Shown one piece after another: positions 10,079 through 20,903 of a stretch of 64,000 bases of DNA (its first letter is position 1; each line of letters opens with the position of its first letter). This DNA comes from an uncultured Candidatus Rokubacteria bacterium (GTDB lineage: Bacteria > Methylomirabilota > Methylomirabilia > Rokubacteriales > CSP1-6): NCBI GenBank assembly GCA_963762145.1, contig CAVXJS010000007.1, positions 160,001 to 224,000 of the forward strand. The letters are read 5' to 3'. The translations under genes and the position numbers were made by a program. The notes below the pieces were generated by a model. The model searched no databases. It had not been told where the DNA came from and saw only the letters and a program-made list of their open reading frames with translations.

Positions 10079-10843
10079 GTGGCGGACGGAGCGCTCAAGG
10101 GGCGGGTCGCGGTGGTGACGGGCGGCAACGGGGGCATCGGTCTCGGCATGGCGCGCGGGATCGCCGCCGCGGGCGCGGCGGTCGTGGTCTCGGGCCGCAA
10201 CGCGGACAAGAGCCGCGGCGCGGTCGCCGAGCTCACCAAGCTCGGGGCCAAGGCGGTGGCGATCGAGGCCGACGTGGCCGACGAGGCGGCGGTCAACGCG
10301 CTGGTGCGCGCCACCGTGGATCGCTTCGGCCGCCTCGACATCCTCGTCAACAACGCCGGCATGAACATCCGGAAGCCGGCACACGAGCTGACCCTCGCGG
10401 AGTGGCGCCAGGTGCTCGACACCAACCTCACCAGCGCGTTCCTCACGAGCCAAGCGGTCTACCCGATCATGAAGAAGCACGGGGGCGGGAAGATCATCAA
10501 CATCGGCTCGATGATGTCCATCTTCGGCGCCTCGTTCGCGCCCGCCTACGCCGCCTCCAAGGGCGGCATCGTCCAGCTCACGAGGGCGACGGCGACCGCG
10601 TGGGCCCGCGACAACATCCAGGTCAACGCGGTGCTGCCCGGCTGGATCGACACCGAGCTCACCACGAACGCGCGCCGCGAGGTCGAAGGCCTCCACGACC
10701 GCGTGCTGGGGCGCATGCCCGCGGGGCGCTGGGGCGTGGCCGACGATATGTCGGGCGTCGCGGTGTTCCTCGGCGGCCCCGCCTCCGATTTCGTCACGGG
10801 CACCGCGATCCCGGTGGACGGGGGCTATTCGATCCAGGGCTGA
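10079..10843 (+). CDS. SDR oxidoreductase (KduD/gluconate 5-dehydrogenase-like)
   Basis: TGGNGGIG, NNAG, YAASKGG, PVDGGY; AGGAGG RBS. Confidence 0.88.
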   Translation: MADGALKGRVAVVTGGNGGIGLGMARGIAAAGAAVVVSGRNADKSRGAVAELTKLGAKAVAIEADVADEAAVNALVRATVDRFGRLDILVNNAGMNIRKPAHELTLAEWRQVLDTNLTSAFLTSQAVYPIMKKHGGGKIINIGSMMSIFGASFAPAYAASKGGIVQLTRATATAWARDNIQVNAVLPGWIDTELTTNARREVEGLHDRVLGRMPAGRWGVADDMSGVAVFLGGPASDFVTGTAIPVDGGYSIQG

Positions 10844-10870
10844 AGTGCGATACAATGCACGACGCGTGAT

Positions 10871-11643
10871 GTGGGCGTCGGCGCGGCTCTTCTGGTAGCT
10901 CTGGTGGTGTCCGGCTGCGCGTCGGTCGCCCCGATCGACGCGGCGGTACGCCGCCCGGCCCCGCCCGACCTGCTCCGCTTCGGGGTGGACACGTTCGCGT
11001 TCCCCAACGAGAGCCGCAGCAAGAACTGCGGCAAGCCCGACCTCTACGCCAACTACTGCTTCGTGATGGCGCGGGCGGTCACGCAGTTCCAGCGCTTCGC
11101 CCGCTTCGATCCCGCCGCGCCCCGCCTGGCGTCCGAGGAATACGTCGCGCGCGTCAAGGAAGTGGTCGCGCCGTCGCCCTGGGAGGAGCCGCTGCCCGCC
11201 GACCGGCGGGTCGTGATCCCCGGCTACGCCTCGCTCCACGAGTTCTCGCGCGCCCAGGAGGCGGCGGTCAAGGAGGGGCTCGGTCGGCGATTCTGGACGC
11301 TCGTGCACTGGACGAACTGGCGCGTGGTGTTCCCGATGCCGCGCTGGCAGCAGGAGCGGGTCGCGCGTGAGACGCTCGGCCGAGCTGGCCGAGGGGCGGC
11401 CGGTGCAGTTCCTCGTGACGAACTTCCCGACGTGGGAGCTCAATCACACCGTGGTCGCGTACGACTACCGCGCTCGACGACGCAGGCAACGTGCTCTTCA
11501 CGGTCTACGATCCGAACGATCCCGCCGAGCCCGGACGGATCACCTTCGACCGGACCGAGCGCCGCTTCGAGGCGAGCCGCCTCCACGACACCCGGCAGGG
11601 ACCCATCCGCGCGTTCCGCATGTACTACTGGGCGCTGCTCTAG
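10871..11643 (+). CDS. Lipoprotein with putative papain/C39-like Cys-His-Asp triad (two apparent indels near 11380 and 11472)
   Basis: Lipobox VVSGC; YANYCFVM; after frame repair NHTVVAYDY...VYDPNDP...YYWALL*. Confidence 0.6.
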
Positions 11644-11647
11644 GCCG

Positions 11648-12556
11648 ATGGCGAGCGAGCCGGGCGCGCCCGACTGGTACTCGCACGGACTGAACCGCGT
11701 CGCCTACTATCGGCTGGCCGCCGGCGTGGCCACCGCCCTGCCGCGCCCCGCGCGCCTCCGACTCGCGCGTGGGCTCGGCCGGCTCCTCGCGCGGACCTTG
11801 GCCGCGGAGCGCCGCGCGGTGCGCAGGAACCTCGGCCGCGTGCTCGCGGGCGCGGCGCCCGCCGTGATCGAGGCGCGGGTGGGCGAGACCTTCGCCAACT
11901 TCGGAGCGTTCTTCGCCGATCTGCTGACGCTCAATCGCCGCCCCGGCACCGATCTCGGCGCGTACGTGGCCTCCGCGGAGGGCGAGCATCACCTCGACGG
12001 GGCGATCGCGGCGGGGCGGGGTGTCGTTCTCCTCACCGCGCACCTCGGCAACTGGGAGTTCGCGGGGCGGCTCCTGTCCTCCCGGAGCGGCCGTACCGCC
12101 CACGTGGTGCTCTCCGCCGAGCAGGACGCCGCCCTCGAGCGCTACCTGCGGCTCGACGGCCCGCGGCTGCGCTTCGTGACGCGACGTCATGCCACGTCCA
12201 CGCTCGGCCTGGTGGCCGCGCTCCGGCGCGGGGAGCTGGTGGCGATGCAGGCCGACCGGCCCAGCGGCGGGCGCGGGGACGCGATCGTGCCCTTCTTCGG
12301 CGAGCCGGCCGCGTTCCCGCTCGGGCCCTTCGTGCTCGCGCGCGCGGTCGGCGCGGCGGTGATCCCCGCCTTCTGCGTGATGGCGCCGGGCGGCCGCTAC
12401 CGGCTCGAGATCGATGCGCCGATCTGGGTCAAGCCGGGTGAGGAGCAGGGCGGCCTCGCCACCGTGGTGGCCGCGCTCGAGCGTGTGATCCGCGCCCACC
12501 CCACCCAGTGGTTCAACTTCTACGACGCCTGGAGCCCGCCCGGTGGCCACGCCTGA
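11648..12556 (+). CDS. Lysophospholipid/lipid A-type (LpxL-like) acyltransferase
   Basis: LLTAHLGNWE, AMQADR, VPFFGEPAAFPLGP, HPTQWFNFYD. Confidence 0.88.
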   Translation: MASEPGAPDWYSHGLNRVAYYRLAAGVATALPRPARLRLARGLGRLLARTLAAERRAVRRNLGRVLAGAAPAVIEARVGETFANFGAFFADLLTLNRRPGTDLGAYVASAEGEHHLDGAIAAGRGVVLLTAHLGNWEFAGRLLSSRSGRTAHVVLSAEQDAALERYLRLDGPRLRFVTRRHATSTLGLVAALRRGELVAMQADRPSGGRGDAIVPFFGEPAAFPLGPFVLARAVGAAVIPAFCVMAPGGRYRLEIDAPIWVKPGEEQGGLATVVAALERVIRAHPTQWFNFYDAWSPPGGHA

Positions 12557-13725
12557 GCGCGTGGTGATCGCCGCCGCCGGGGTGGTGACCCCCATCGGCC
12601 AGGATCTGGAGGCCTTCTGGTCCTCGCTGGTCACGGGTGCCTCCGGCATCTCGCAGATCGAGCGGGTGCCGGTGGCGGACCTGCGGGTGCAGCGGGGCGG
12701 CGAGGTCAAGAAGATCGGCCGCATCAAGGACTGGCGTGGGGTGCCCGACTGCCGCGCGAGCCGCCTGCTGATCGCGGCGGCCGACGACCTCTGCACGCAG
12801 ACCGCCTTCCACCCGCTGCCGCTGGACCCGGCGCGGGTGGGCGTGGTCGTGGGCACCGCGCTCGGAGGTGTGGAGGAGGGCGAGAAGGCGCTCGCGGGCG
12901 ACCGCGACCCCCGCCGGCTGTCCCAGGCGCTCTACGACGCCCCGGGCTGGGCCCTCGCGCGGTGGCTCGGCGCGCGCGGCCCGGTGATCACGGTGTCCAC
13001 CGCATGCGCGTCGGGCGCCACCGCGCTGGCGGTCGGAGCCGACCTCCTGCGCGCGGGCGAGGCGGACGCGGTGGTGGCGGGCGGCTACGACGCGCTCTGC
13101 CGCTTCGTGCTGCGGGGCTTCGACGTCCTGCGCTCGCTCACGCGCGACGAGGTCCGGCCGTTCGACCGGCGCCGCAGCGGTCTGCTCCTGGGTGAGGCGG
13201 GGGCGCTCGCCCTGCTGGTGCGCGAGCGCGACGCGCGCGGACCGCGGCTCGGCACGCTGCTGGGCTACGGCAGCGCGAGCGACGGCTTCCACATCGCGGC
13301 GCCCGAACCCGAGGGGCGCGGCCTCGAGCGGGCGATCCGGGCCGCGCTCGCCGACGCGCGCGTGTCGGCCGCCCGACATCGACCTGGTGAGCGCGCACGG
13401 AACCGCCACGCCGCTCAACGACCGGATCGAGACGGCGGCCCTCAAGCGAGCCCTCGGCCGCCGGGCCCACGAGATCCCGATCAACTCCATCAAGGGCAGT
13501 CTCGGCCACACGATGGGCGCCGCCGCCGCCCTCGAGGCCTTCATGTGTCTGCTCTCGGCTCAGCGGGGCCTGATCCCGCCCACGCTGCACCTGGAGGAGC
13601 CCGATCCGGAGTGCGATCTCGACTATGTGCCGGGCCGCGCGCGCCCCGGACGCCCTCGCGTCATGCTGAGCACGTCCATGGGCTTCGGCGGCTGCAACGG
13701 CGCCATCGTCCTCGAGGCCGCCTGA
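12543..13725 (+). CDS. Beta-ketoacyl-ACP synthase (FabF-like KS1), one apparent frameshift near 13370
   Basis: STACASG, SAHGTAT, GHTMGAA (Cys-His-His), GFGGCN. Confidence 0.88.
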
Positions 13726-14624
13726 TGGGGGCCCCCGCGATCCGCGGCCTCGGAGTCCTCACCGGCCAGGCAAAGTCCGCAGACCGGGGGAGTGCGGGGG
13801 CCACCACCGGCAATACCACCCAGGTAAAGTCCGCGGACCGGGGGAGTGCGGGGGCCATTTCTGGGCCCCCGCATATGGAGGGCTTAAAGAAAGGAACAGT
13901 CGACAGCAGGCTGGAAATCCTCACCCTCCCCCGTCCAGACCGTCCCGGCGACCGTTTCCGGAGGGCCACCCGGGAGTGCCTCCTGGCCCTTGCAGCCGTG
14001 GACGCGATGCTTGAAGATGGGAATGCTTCACGGGAGGTCATCGCGGGCGAGCGGACGGCCCTGATGTACGTGACCGCCGCCGCCTACGGCGCCTCCAACC
14101 GCGCGTTCATCGAGCGCCAGGGCGGGGTCATGCACTTCGCCTACACGGCGCCCGCGGTGGTGCCGGCGGAGGTGGCGATCGAGTTCGGGGTGGCCGGCCC
14201 GTACGGGATCCTGATCGGGGGGGCGCCCGCGACGCTCCGCGCCATCGAGCAGGCGGCCCGGCTGCTGGAGGCCGGCACCTGCGACCGGGTGCTGGTGCTC
14301 GCGGTCGAGATCTTCGAGGAGTGCGCGGACCTCTACGCGCGCCACCGCCGGTCCTATCCGGGGCCGCTGGTGGAGACCGCGGCGTGTCTGTGGCTGGAGC
14401 GGGGTGAGGGCGCGATCTCGTTCGAGTCTGCGCGCGCCGGCCGGCGGGTCGTCGCGGGGGCCCGGCCGGGGGAGCGGTTCTCGGCGGGCCCGCTCGCGGA
14501 TCTGCGCGACTGGCGGGCCCAGGCGACGGGGGGATCGGTGGAGCTGTCGGGACGCTGGCGGGGAGAGCACGCGCGGCTACACTGGAGTCCGGAGATATCG
14601 CACGCGCGCGGCAGCGCGGCGTGA
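13725..14624 (+). CDS. KS N-terminal-like (chain-length-factor-like) protein carrying an in-frame palindromic insertion
   Basis: DRFRRATRECLLAL, HFAYTAPAVVPAEVAI; no catalytic Cys motif; insertion 13767-13877. Confidence 0.65.
   Translation: MGAPAIRGLGVLTGQAKSADRGSAGATTGNTTQVKSADRGSAGAISGPPHMEGLKKGTVDSRLEILTLPRPDRPGDRFRRATRECLLALAAVDAMLEDGNASREVIAGERTALMYVTAAAYGASNRAFIERQGGVMHFAYTAPAVVPAEVAIEFGVAGPYGILIGGAPATLRAIEQAARLLEAGTCDRVLVLAVEIFEECADLYARHRRSYPGPLVETAACLWLERGEGAISFESARAGRRVVAGARPGERFSAGPLADLRDWRAQATGGSVELSGRWRGEHARLHWSPEISHARGSAA
13767..13877 (+). repeat. Hairpin element family A, copy 1 (13840-13877), preceded by a 54-nt-period partial duplication
   Basis: gggggagtgcgggggccatttctgggcccccgcatatg; 37-nt direct repeats at 13767 and 13821 (2 mismatches). 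Confidence 0.9.
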
Positions 14625-14640
14625 AACGGAGGTCGTGTCG

Positions 14641-14916
14641 ATGACGCAGAAGGAAGTCCTGGACGAGCTGAAGGGGCTCGTCGTCGAGCGGCTCAAATTC
14701 GACCCGCGCCGCGCGGCCGAGATGACCCTCGAGACGACGCTTCCCAAGGGCATCGACGGCTCGCTGGGCCTGGACTCGCTCGACTTCATCGAGCTATCGG
14801 TCGCCATCGAGGAGCGCTTCGGGATCGTGATCGACGAGACCCGCGACCTGACGGACGAGTTCCTGTCGCTGGATTCCCTGTCCCGCTTCATCCTGGCCAA
14901 GAACGGCCGGGCCTGA
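14641..14916 (+). CDS. Acyl carrier protein
   Basis: LGLDSLDFIEL phosphopantetheine site, IEERFGIVI; GGAGG RBS. Confidence 0.92.
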   Translation: MTQKEVLDELKGLVVERLKFDPRRAAEMTLETTLPKGIDGSLGLDSLDFIELSVAIEERFGIVIDETRDLTDEFLSLDSLSRFILAKNGRA

Positions 14917-14951
14917 GGGTTCGAGGCCCAGCCCCGGACGATGAGCCTGGC

Positions 14952-16184
14952 ATGAGCCGGTCGGCGGCGCGCGACGGCCGGGCGGAGGTCGTCGTCAGCG
15001 GCCTCGGGGTCGTGAGCCCGTACGGCGCCGGCGTGAAGAGCTTCTGGAACGGGCTCTGGCCGCCGGCACCTGCGCGATCAAGCCCATCACCGTCATCGAG
15101 ACCGAGGGCTTTCGCTCGCGCATCGCCGCCGAGGTCCCCGCCGAGGTCATCGAGCGCGCTCGGCTCGTCGCGGCGACGCTCGCGCGCGGACCGGATCGCC
15201 CTGGCCGCCGCGCGCGAGGCCCTCGCCGACGCGGGTCTCGAAGGGCGCGAGCGCGCCGGAGGCCGCGCTTGCTCATCGGCGCGGTCGGCGGCGGCATGCT
15301 CGAGGGCGAGGACTGGTACTGGGCCAGACGCTGGGCGCGGCCGGCCCTCGTCGCGGATGGGCGCGCTGCGCTCGATCCTGCCGTTCTCGCACGCCGAGAC
15401 GCTCGGCTGGCGCCTCGGGCTCACCGGCCCGAAGGAGACGGTGGTCATGGCCTGCGCGTCGGGCGCGGCCTCGATCGCGCTCGGCGCCGATCTGGTGCGG
15501 GCCGGCGTGACCCCGACCGCGCTCGTGGGCGGCGTCGACGCGCTCACGCACATCTGCTTCATGGGGTTCAACGCGCTCAAGCTGCTCGATCCCAGCCCGT
15601 GCCGTCCCTTCGACCGCGATCGCCGCGGCATGTCGCATCGGCGAGGCGGCCGCGTTCCTCGTCATCGAGGACGCGGAGCACTGCCGGGCGCGCGGCGGCC
15701 GCGTGCACGCGCGGCTCGCCGGCTACGGCATGACCACCGACGCGCATCACGTCACCGCGCCGCATCCCGAGGGCGAGGGGATGATCCACGCGATGCACCT
15801 GGCCCTGGACGCCGCGCGGGCTCGCCGCCGGCGACGTCGGCTACGTCAACGCTCACGGCACCGGCACCCCGCAGAACGATCGCGTCGAGGCGCTCGCCCT
15901 CCGCCACGTCTTCGGCGAGGGCGGCGTGCTGGTCAGCTCCACCAAGTCGCTGGTCGGCCACACCATGGCCGGCGGCGGGGAGCGTGGAGGCGGCCGCCAC
16001 GATCCTGGCGCTCCAGCACGGGCTGGTGCCGCCGACCGCGAATCTCGAGCGAGGTGGATCCCGAGGTCCCTTCGACTGCCTGCCCCGCATGGCGCGCCCG
16101 GCCAGGATCTCGGCGGCGCTGTCGAACTCGTTCGGCTTCGGCGGCCAGAACGTCAGCCTGATCTTCGCGCGAGACGGATCGTGA
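14952..16184 (+). CDS. Beta-ketoacyl-ACP synthase (FabF-like KS2), multiple apparent indels
   Basis: VVVSGLGVVSP, MACASG, NAHGTGTPQND, VGHTM, SNSFGFGGQN across frames. Confidence 0.85.
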   Translation: MSRSAARDGRAEVVVSGLGVVSPYGAGVKSFWNGLWPPAPARSSPSPSSRPRAFARASPPRSPPRSSSALGSSRRRSRADRIALAAAREALADAGLEGRERAGGRACSSARSAAACSRARTGTGPDAGRGRPSSRMGALRSILPFSHAETLGWRLGLTGPKETVVMACASGAASIALGADLVRAGVTPTALVGGVDALTHICFMGFNALKLLDPSPCRPFDRDRRGMSHRRGGRVPRHRGRGALPGARRPRARAARRLRHDHRRASRHRAASRGRGDDPRDAPGPGRRAGSPPATSATSTLTAPAPRRTIASRRSPSATSSARAACWSAPPSRWSATPWPAAGSVEAAATILALQHGLVPPTANLERGGSRGPFDCLPRMARPARISAALSNSFGFGGQNVSLIFARDGS

Positions 16185-17354
16185 CCGATCGCCGCGTCGT
16201 CGTCACCGGGATCGGCACCGTCAACGCCTCCACCGCGGGCGGGCGGGACGCGCTGGCCGCCGCGCTCGCCCTCGGCCGCTCCGCGATCGGGCCGGTGCGC
16301 GTCGTTCGACGCCGGCGCGATGTCACGAGCCGGCTCGCCGCCGAGGTGGACGAGGCCACGGTCGCGTCGCTCGTGGATCGGGACGCGGCCCGGCGCCTGT
16401 CGCGCATCTGCCGCCTCACGCTCGGCGGCCTGCCTGCTCGCGGTGGGCGACGCGGGGGTCGCAGGGCGGGCCCGGGCTCGGCATCGTGGTCGGCACCGAG
16501 CACGGCGACTTCACCTCGAGCCGCGACTTCGCGCAGGGCTTCCTGCGTCGCGGGCCGGCCGGGCTCTCGCCGATGATCTTCCCCAACACCGTGATGAACA
16601 CGATGGCGTCGGTCGCGGCCATCGCGATCGGCGCGCAAGGCGCCCGTCGATCACCGTGAACCAGGCGACGCTCGCCGGCGACCTCGCGGTCGCGCGCGGG
16701 CACGCGCCTGGTCGCCGACGGGCACGCGGACGCGGTGGTGGCGGGCGGCGTCGACGAGCTGTTCCCGACGTCTACGAGCGGCTCGCCGAGATGGGCGCGC
16801 TCTCCCCGATGGGCGGGCGGGGCGCCGGAAGGGCTGCCGGCCCTTCGCGCGCCGACCACAACGGCCCGGTGCTGGGCGAGGGCGCCACGTTCCTGGTGCT
16901 CGAGGAGCGGGACGGCCGCGCGGGCGCGCGGGGCGCGGATCATCGCCGAGATCGCGGCGATCGCGCTGGGGCAACGTGCCGACCGCGCCCCACACCGGCG
17001 CGGCCGGGACGGGGCGATCCCGGCTCCCCGGTGGCGCGGCTGCTCCGCTCGTGCGCGCCGGAGCCGGCGTCGCGCGCTGCTACGGCGCCGGCAACGGCGA
17101 TCCCGCGGTCGACGACTGGGAGCGCGCGCTGCTCGGCCGCGACCTCGGCGCGCGCGCCGAGCTGCTGCCGCCGCGATCGCTGGCGCCGCTCTTCGGCCAG
17201 CACGGCGGGCTGGGCGCGCTGCGCGTGGGCGCGGCCGCGCTGGACGCGGCGCGCGGCACGTGCCGCGGTGCTCGTGCACGGCATCGCGCGCGGCGGCTGC
17301 CGGACCGCGCTGGTGGTGGAGCCGGCCCTTGAATCCGGTCGAGCGATCACCTGA
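16181..17354 (+). CDS. KS-like (chain-length-factor-like) protein, multiple apparent indels; end 17332-17354
   Basis: VVVTGIGTV, SPMIFPNTVMN, VAGGVDEL, GEGATFLVLEE; NQATLAG where KS has the active Cys. Confidence 0.7.
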
Positions 17355-18420
17355 TCGTCATCCCGGTCTTCAACGAGGCCGCCACCATCGGCGAATCGTG
17401 GAGCGGGCCCGGCTGCACGGCCCGGTGCTGGTGGTCGACGACGGCTCGACGGACGGAGCGCCGCGGTCGCCGCGGCGGCCGGCGCCGAGGTCATCTCGCT
17501 CGGCCGGCGGCGGCGGCAAGGGTGCGGCGCTCCGGCGCGGGTTCGCCGAGGCGCGTGCGCGCGGGGCGCGGAGCGGCGTGGTGACGCTCGACGGCGACGG
17601 CCAGCACGATCCCGACGACATCCCGCGCCTGCTCAAGGCGGCGGTGGAGGACGCCGCGGAGCCTTCGTCATCGGCGGCCGCCTGGGCCGCGGCTCGCGGC
17701 ATCGCGCGCGGTGAGCAGGTGATGCCGGCGGGCCGGCTCGCGGCGCTGCGCGTGGCCGGCTTCTTCATCGACTGGCTGACGCGGCGTGCCGGTGCGGACA
17801 CCCAGTCCGGCTTCCGCGTCTACCCCGCGCGCCTCCTCGTCCGCGGTGACGCCGCGCCACGGCGGCTTCGTGCTGGAGAGCGAGATGCTGCTGCGCGCCG
17901 CCGCGCTGGGGTGCCGGATCGTCGAGGTCCCGATCGCGCCGATCCACTTCGAGGACCGGCGCAGCCGGTTTCGCCCGGGCCGCGACGGCATCGCGGTCGG
18001 GGCCTTCCTCGCCGGCCGCATCGTGCACGCGCTGGGCGCGCGAGGCCGGCGCGGGCGCGCTCTAGGTCGATCGGGATCTTCAGCCCCGCGCGACTCCGGG
18101 CCCGGCACCGCGAGATGTACGCAGTTCGCGGCGCCGCAGCGCGGGAACCCGCCCGGCTGGGCGCTGGCGGTCGGCACGTTCGTCGCGCGATCGGGCGATC
18201 CGGTCCGTCGAGCGACGGCTGGCGACTCTCCGCACGCGCGCGGCCTGCGCCTGGCCGCCGTGGCCACCGCCGCGACCCCGCTCATGCTCGCGCTCGGGCT
18301 GAGCCGGCGCGCGCTCGCCGCCGTCGGGCATCGACTGGCTCAGCCCGGCGGTGCGGCGGCTCTATCGTCAGGAGGAGCTGGGCGCACGCTCGAGGCGCCC
18401 GCGCCGCGGACCGCGGGGCG
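17329..18420 (+). CDS. Glycosyltransferase family 2 (DPM-synthase-like), frameshifted; may be fused to the next domain
   Basis: IPVFNEA, VVDDGSTD, GKGAAL, TLDGDGQHDP, DTQSGFRVYP, FVLESEML. Confidence 0.8.
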
Positions 18421-18429
18421 GGGCGCCCG

Positions 18430-19704
18430 GCCGACTACGACGTGCTGGTGGTGGGCGGGGGGCCCGCGCGGGTCGAGCGCGGCCACGTTCCTCGTCGCGC
18501 GGCGGCCTGCGGGTGGCGGTGGCGGAGCGCGAGGCCTTTCCGCGCTTCCACGTGGGCGAGTCGCTGCTGCCCGCCAACCTGCCCGGTGCTCGAGCGGCTG
18601 GGCGTGCTCGACGAGGTGAAGGCGCGCGGCTTCCTCGTGAAGTACGGCGCCTACTTCCACGATCAGGAGATGGACCTGGGCTACCAGTTCTTCTTCCGCG
18701 AGGGCAAGCCCTGGCCGCCCTACACCTACGAGGTCCAGCGCGGCCGAGTTCGACAAGATCCTGCTCGACCACGCGGCCCGCCAGCCGAACGTGACGCTGC
18801 TCCAGCCCGCGACGCGTCGAGCGCGTGGCCTTCGACGACGACGGCGTGACCGCGACCTCGCCGAGGCCGCGGGCGCGCGCGAGGTCCGCGCGCGCTTCCT
18901 GGTCGACGCCAGCGGCCGCGACGCCTTCATCGCCTCCCGGCACGGCCGGCGGCGGCCCATCGAGGGGCTCGGCAAGGTCGCGCTGTTCGCCCACTTCCGC
19001 GGCGGGCGGCGCTGGCCCGGGCAGCGAGGAGGGCAACATCCGCATCTTCGTCTTCGAGGCGGGCTGGTTCTGGTACATCCCGTTCGCCGACGGCACGAGC
19101 AGCGTGGGCTGCGTGCTGCACGCCCGCACGGTGCGCGGCCGCGAGGGCGACCTGGAGCAGCTCTACGAGTCGCTGATCGCGCGCTGCCGCGGGCTCGCCG
19201 AGGCCCTCGACGGCGCGCCCCGCATCACGCCGGTGCACAGCGCGGCCAACTTCTCGTACCGGACCGACCCCGCCATCGGCGACCGGTTCGTCTGCGTGGG
19301 CGACGCGATCGCCTTCGTGGATCCGATCTTCTCCTCCGGCGTCTACATCGCGACCCAGTCGGCGGAGCTGTCCTCGGCTGGAGATCCTCACGGCGTTCCG
19401 GGAGAACCGCTTCGAGGCCCGCCGCTTCCGCGCCTACGAGCGCCGATCCACAACGGGCATGCGGCCCTTCCAGCGCTTCATCCGGCACTTCTACGATCCC
19501 GTCGTTCCTCGAGATGTTCCTCAAGCCGCGCGAGTTCGCGGGCATGGTGGACGAGCGTCACCGGCGTGCTGGCCGGGGGCGCCTTCCTGCGCCGCACGCT
19601 CCGGATGCGGGTCTCGCTGGAGCTCTTCTTCACCGTCGTCCGCGATCAACCGCTGGGTGCGCCGCCGCCGGGGCCTGAGCACGGAATCCCGCTTCGAATG
19701 GTAG
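18430..19704 (+). CDS. Flavin-dependent halogenase-like oxidoreductase, frameshifted
   Basis: DVLVVGGGP, FPRFHVGESLLP, GFLVKYGA, GWFWYIP (WxWxIP), VGDAIAFVDPIFSSGV. Confidence 0.82.
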
Positions 19705-20890
19705 CGCTCCGGCGGCTCCTCCCGCGGGGCTACCTCTTCACGGTGCTCGGGATCGCGGTCGGCGTGGCCGGGCTGGTCGCGCTGGGCGCCATGGCCGAGC
19801 GCATCACGCGCTTCATCGACGGCGGCGACCGCTTCGTGCTGGGCCAGATCTCGGTGGCCGGCGAGGGCATGGGCATGGGCACCGGCTTCACCGCGGGCGG
19901 GCTCCTGCGCGCGTCCAAGATCGACCAGATCGGCCGGGTGCCCGGGGTGGCCGCGGTGCAGGGGCAGGTGATGCTGCCGCTCAATCCCACCACGTCGCAG
20001 TTCCTGACCCTCACCCAGGAGCTGATCCTGGGGCATGGATCCGGCGGTGCGCATGTCCAATCGGGAGTTCCGCGAGCTCCCGGTACGCGACGGGCGCTTC
20101 CTTCGGCCGGGCGATCGCGGGGTGGTGGTGGTCGGCGCCGACTTCGCGGCCTCGCGCGGGCTGGCGAGCGGGCGGGACGATCGACCTGGCGACCGGCCGG
20201 ACGTTCCAGGTGGTGGGCGTGCTCGACAAGACCCTGACCGCGCCGGATCGCTTCGCGATCGTGCCGCTGGAGGACGCGCGCGACCTCTGGCTCCGGCGCG
20301 ATCCGCTGCTCGTGCAGGTCTTCGCGGGCGGCGCCGGGGGCCTCGGCCGCGGCGACCTGAACACGGGCGCGGCGGTGGCGTGGGCGGACGGGGTGGATCC
20401 GGACGCGCTCGCGCGGCGGATCCAGGCCGAGGTGCCCGGCCTCAACGTCACCATCCCGGGCGAGCTGAGCCGCCTGCTGCGACAGTCCACCGCGTTCTTC
20501 TCCGCGCTGCTCTTCGGGATCGGCGTCCTGGGCCTCGTGATCGGCGGGCTCTCGCTCTCCAACACCGTGACCGCGGCGGTCTTCGAGCGCATCCGCGACT
20601 TCGGTATCAAGCGCGCCCTCGGGGCCACCGACGGGCAGCTCCTGCGCGAGGTCCTGGGCGAGGCGCTCGGGGTGTCGGTCTCCGGCGGCCTGCTCGGGGT
20701 GGGGCTCGCCCTCGCGGTGGGCGCGCTGGTGGACGCGCGCGGCGGCGGCCAGCAGCTCTTCCTGTTCTCGCCGCGCCTGCTGGGCTTCGCGCTCGGCTTC
20801 TCGATCATCCTGGGCGGGCTCGCCGCGACCTACGCCACCCTCCGGATCGTCCGGCTGTCGCCCGCCGAGGCCATCCGGCGGGGGGCCTGA
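19698..20890 (+). CDS. ABC transporter permease, MacB/FtsX/LolCE type (apparent indels)
   Basis: TVLGIAVGVA, ERIRDFGIKRALGAT, RLSPAEAIR. Confidence 0.85.
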
Positions 20891-20903
20891 AGGGGGCGCC
20901 GGA

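Noticed and set aside
10871-12556. Apparent lipoprotein-acyltransferase fusion (561 aa)
   Set aside because: Frame repair gives a stop at 11643 and a separate ATG at 11648.
13767-14030. Diversity-generating retroelement TR/VR pair or CRISPR array
   Set aside because: No reverse transcriptase or cas genes, no long adenine-specific repeat pair, and no regularly spaced repeat-spacer units in the window.
12543-14624. Apparent 693-aa KS-KS fusion
   Set aside because: An indel near 13370 causes it; KS1 ends at 13725 with a TGATG junction.
14950-20200. Many frameshifts suggesting pseudogenised cluster or programmed frameshifting
   Set aside because: Indels are dense and lack slippery motifs or nonsense codons. 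They also hit core genes (serA, zwf, garR) in blocks, consistent with low-coverage long-read error.
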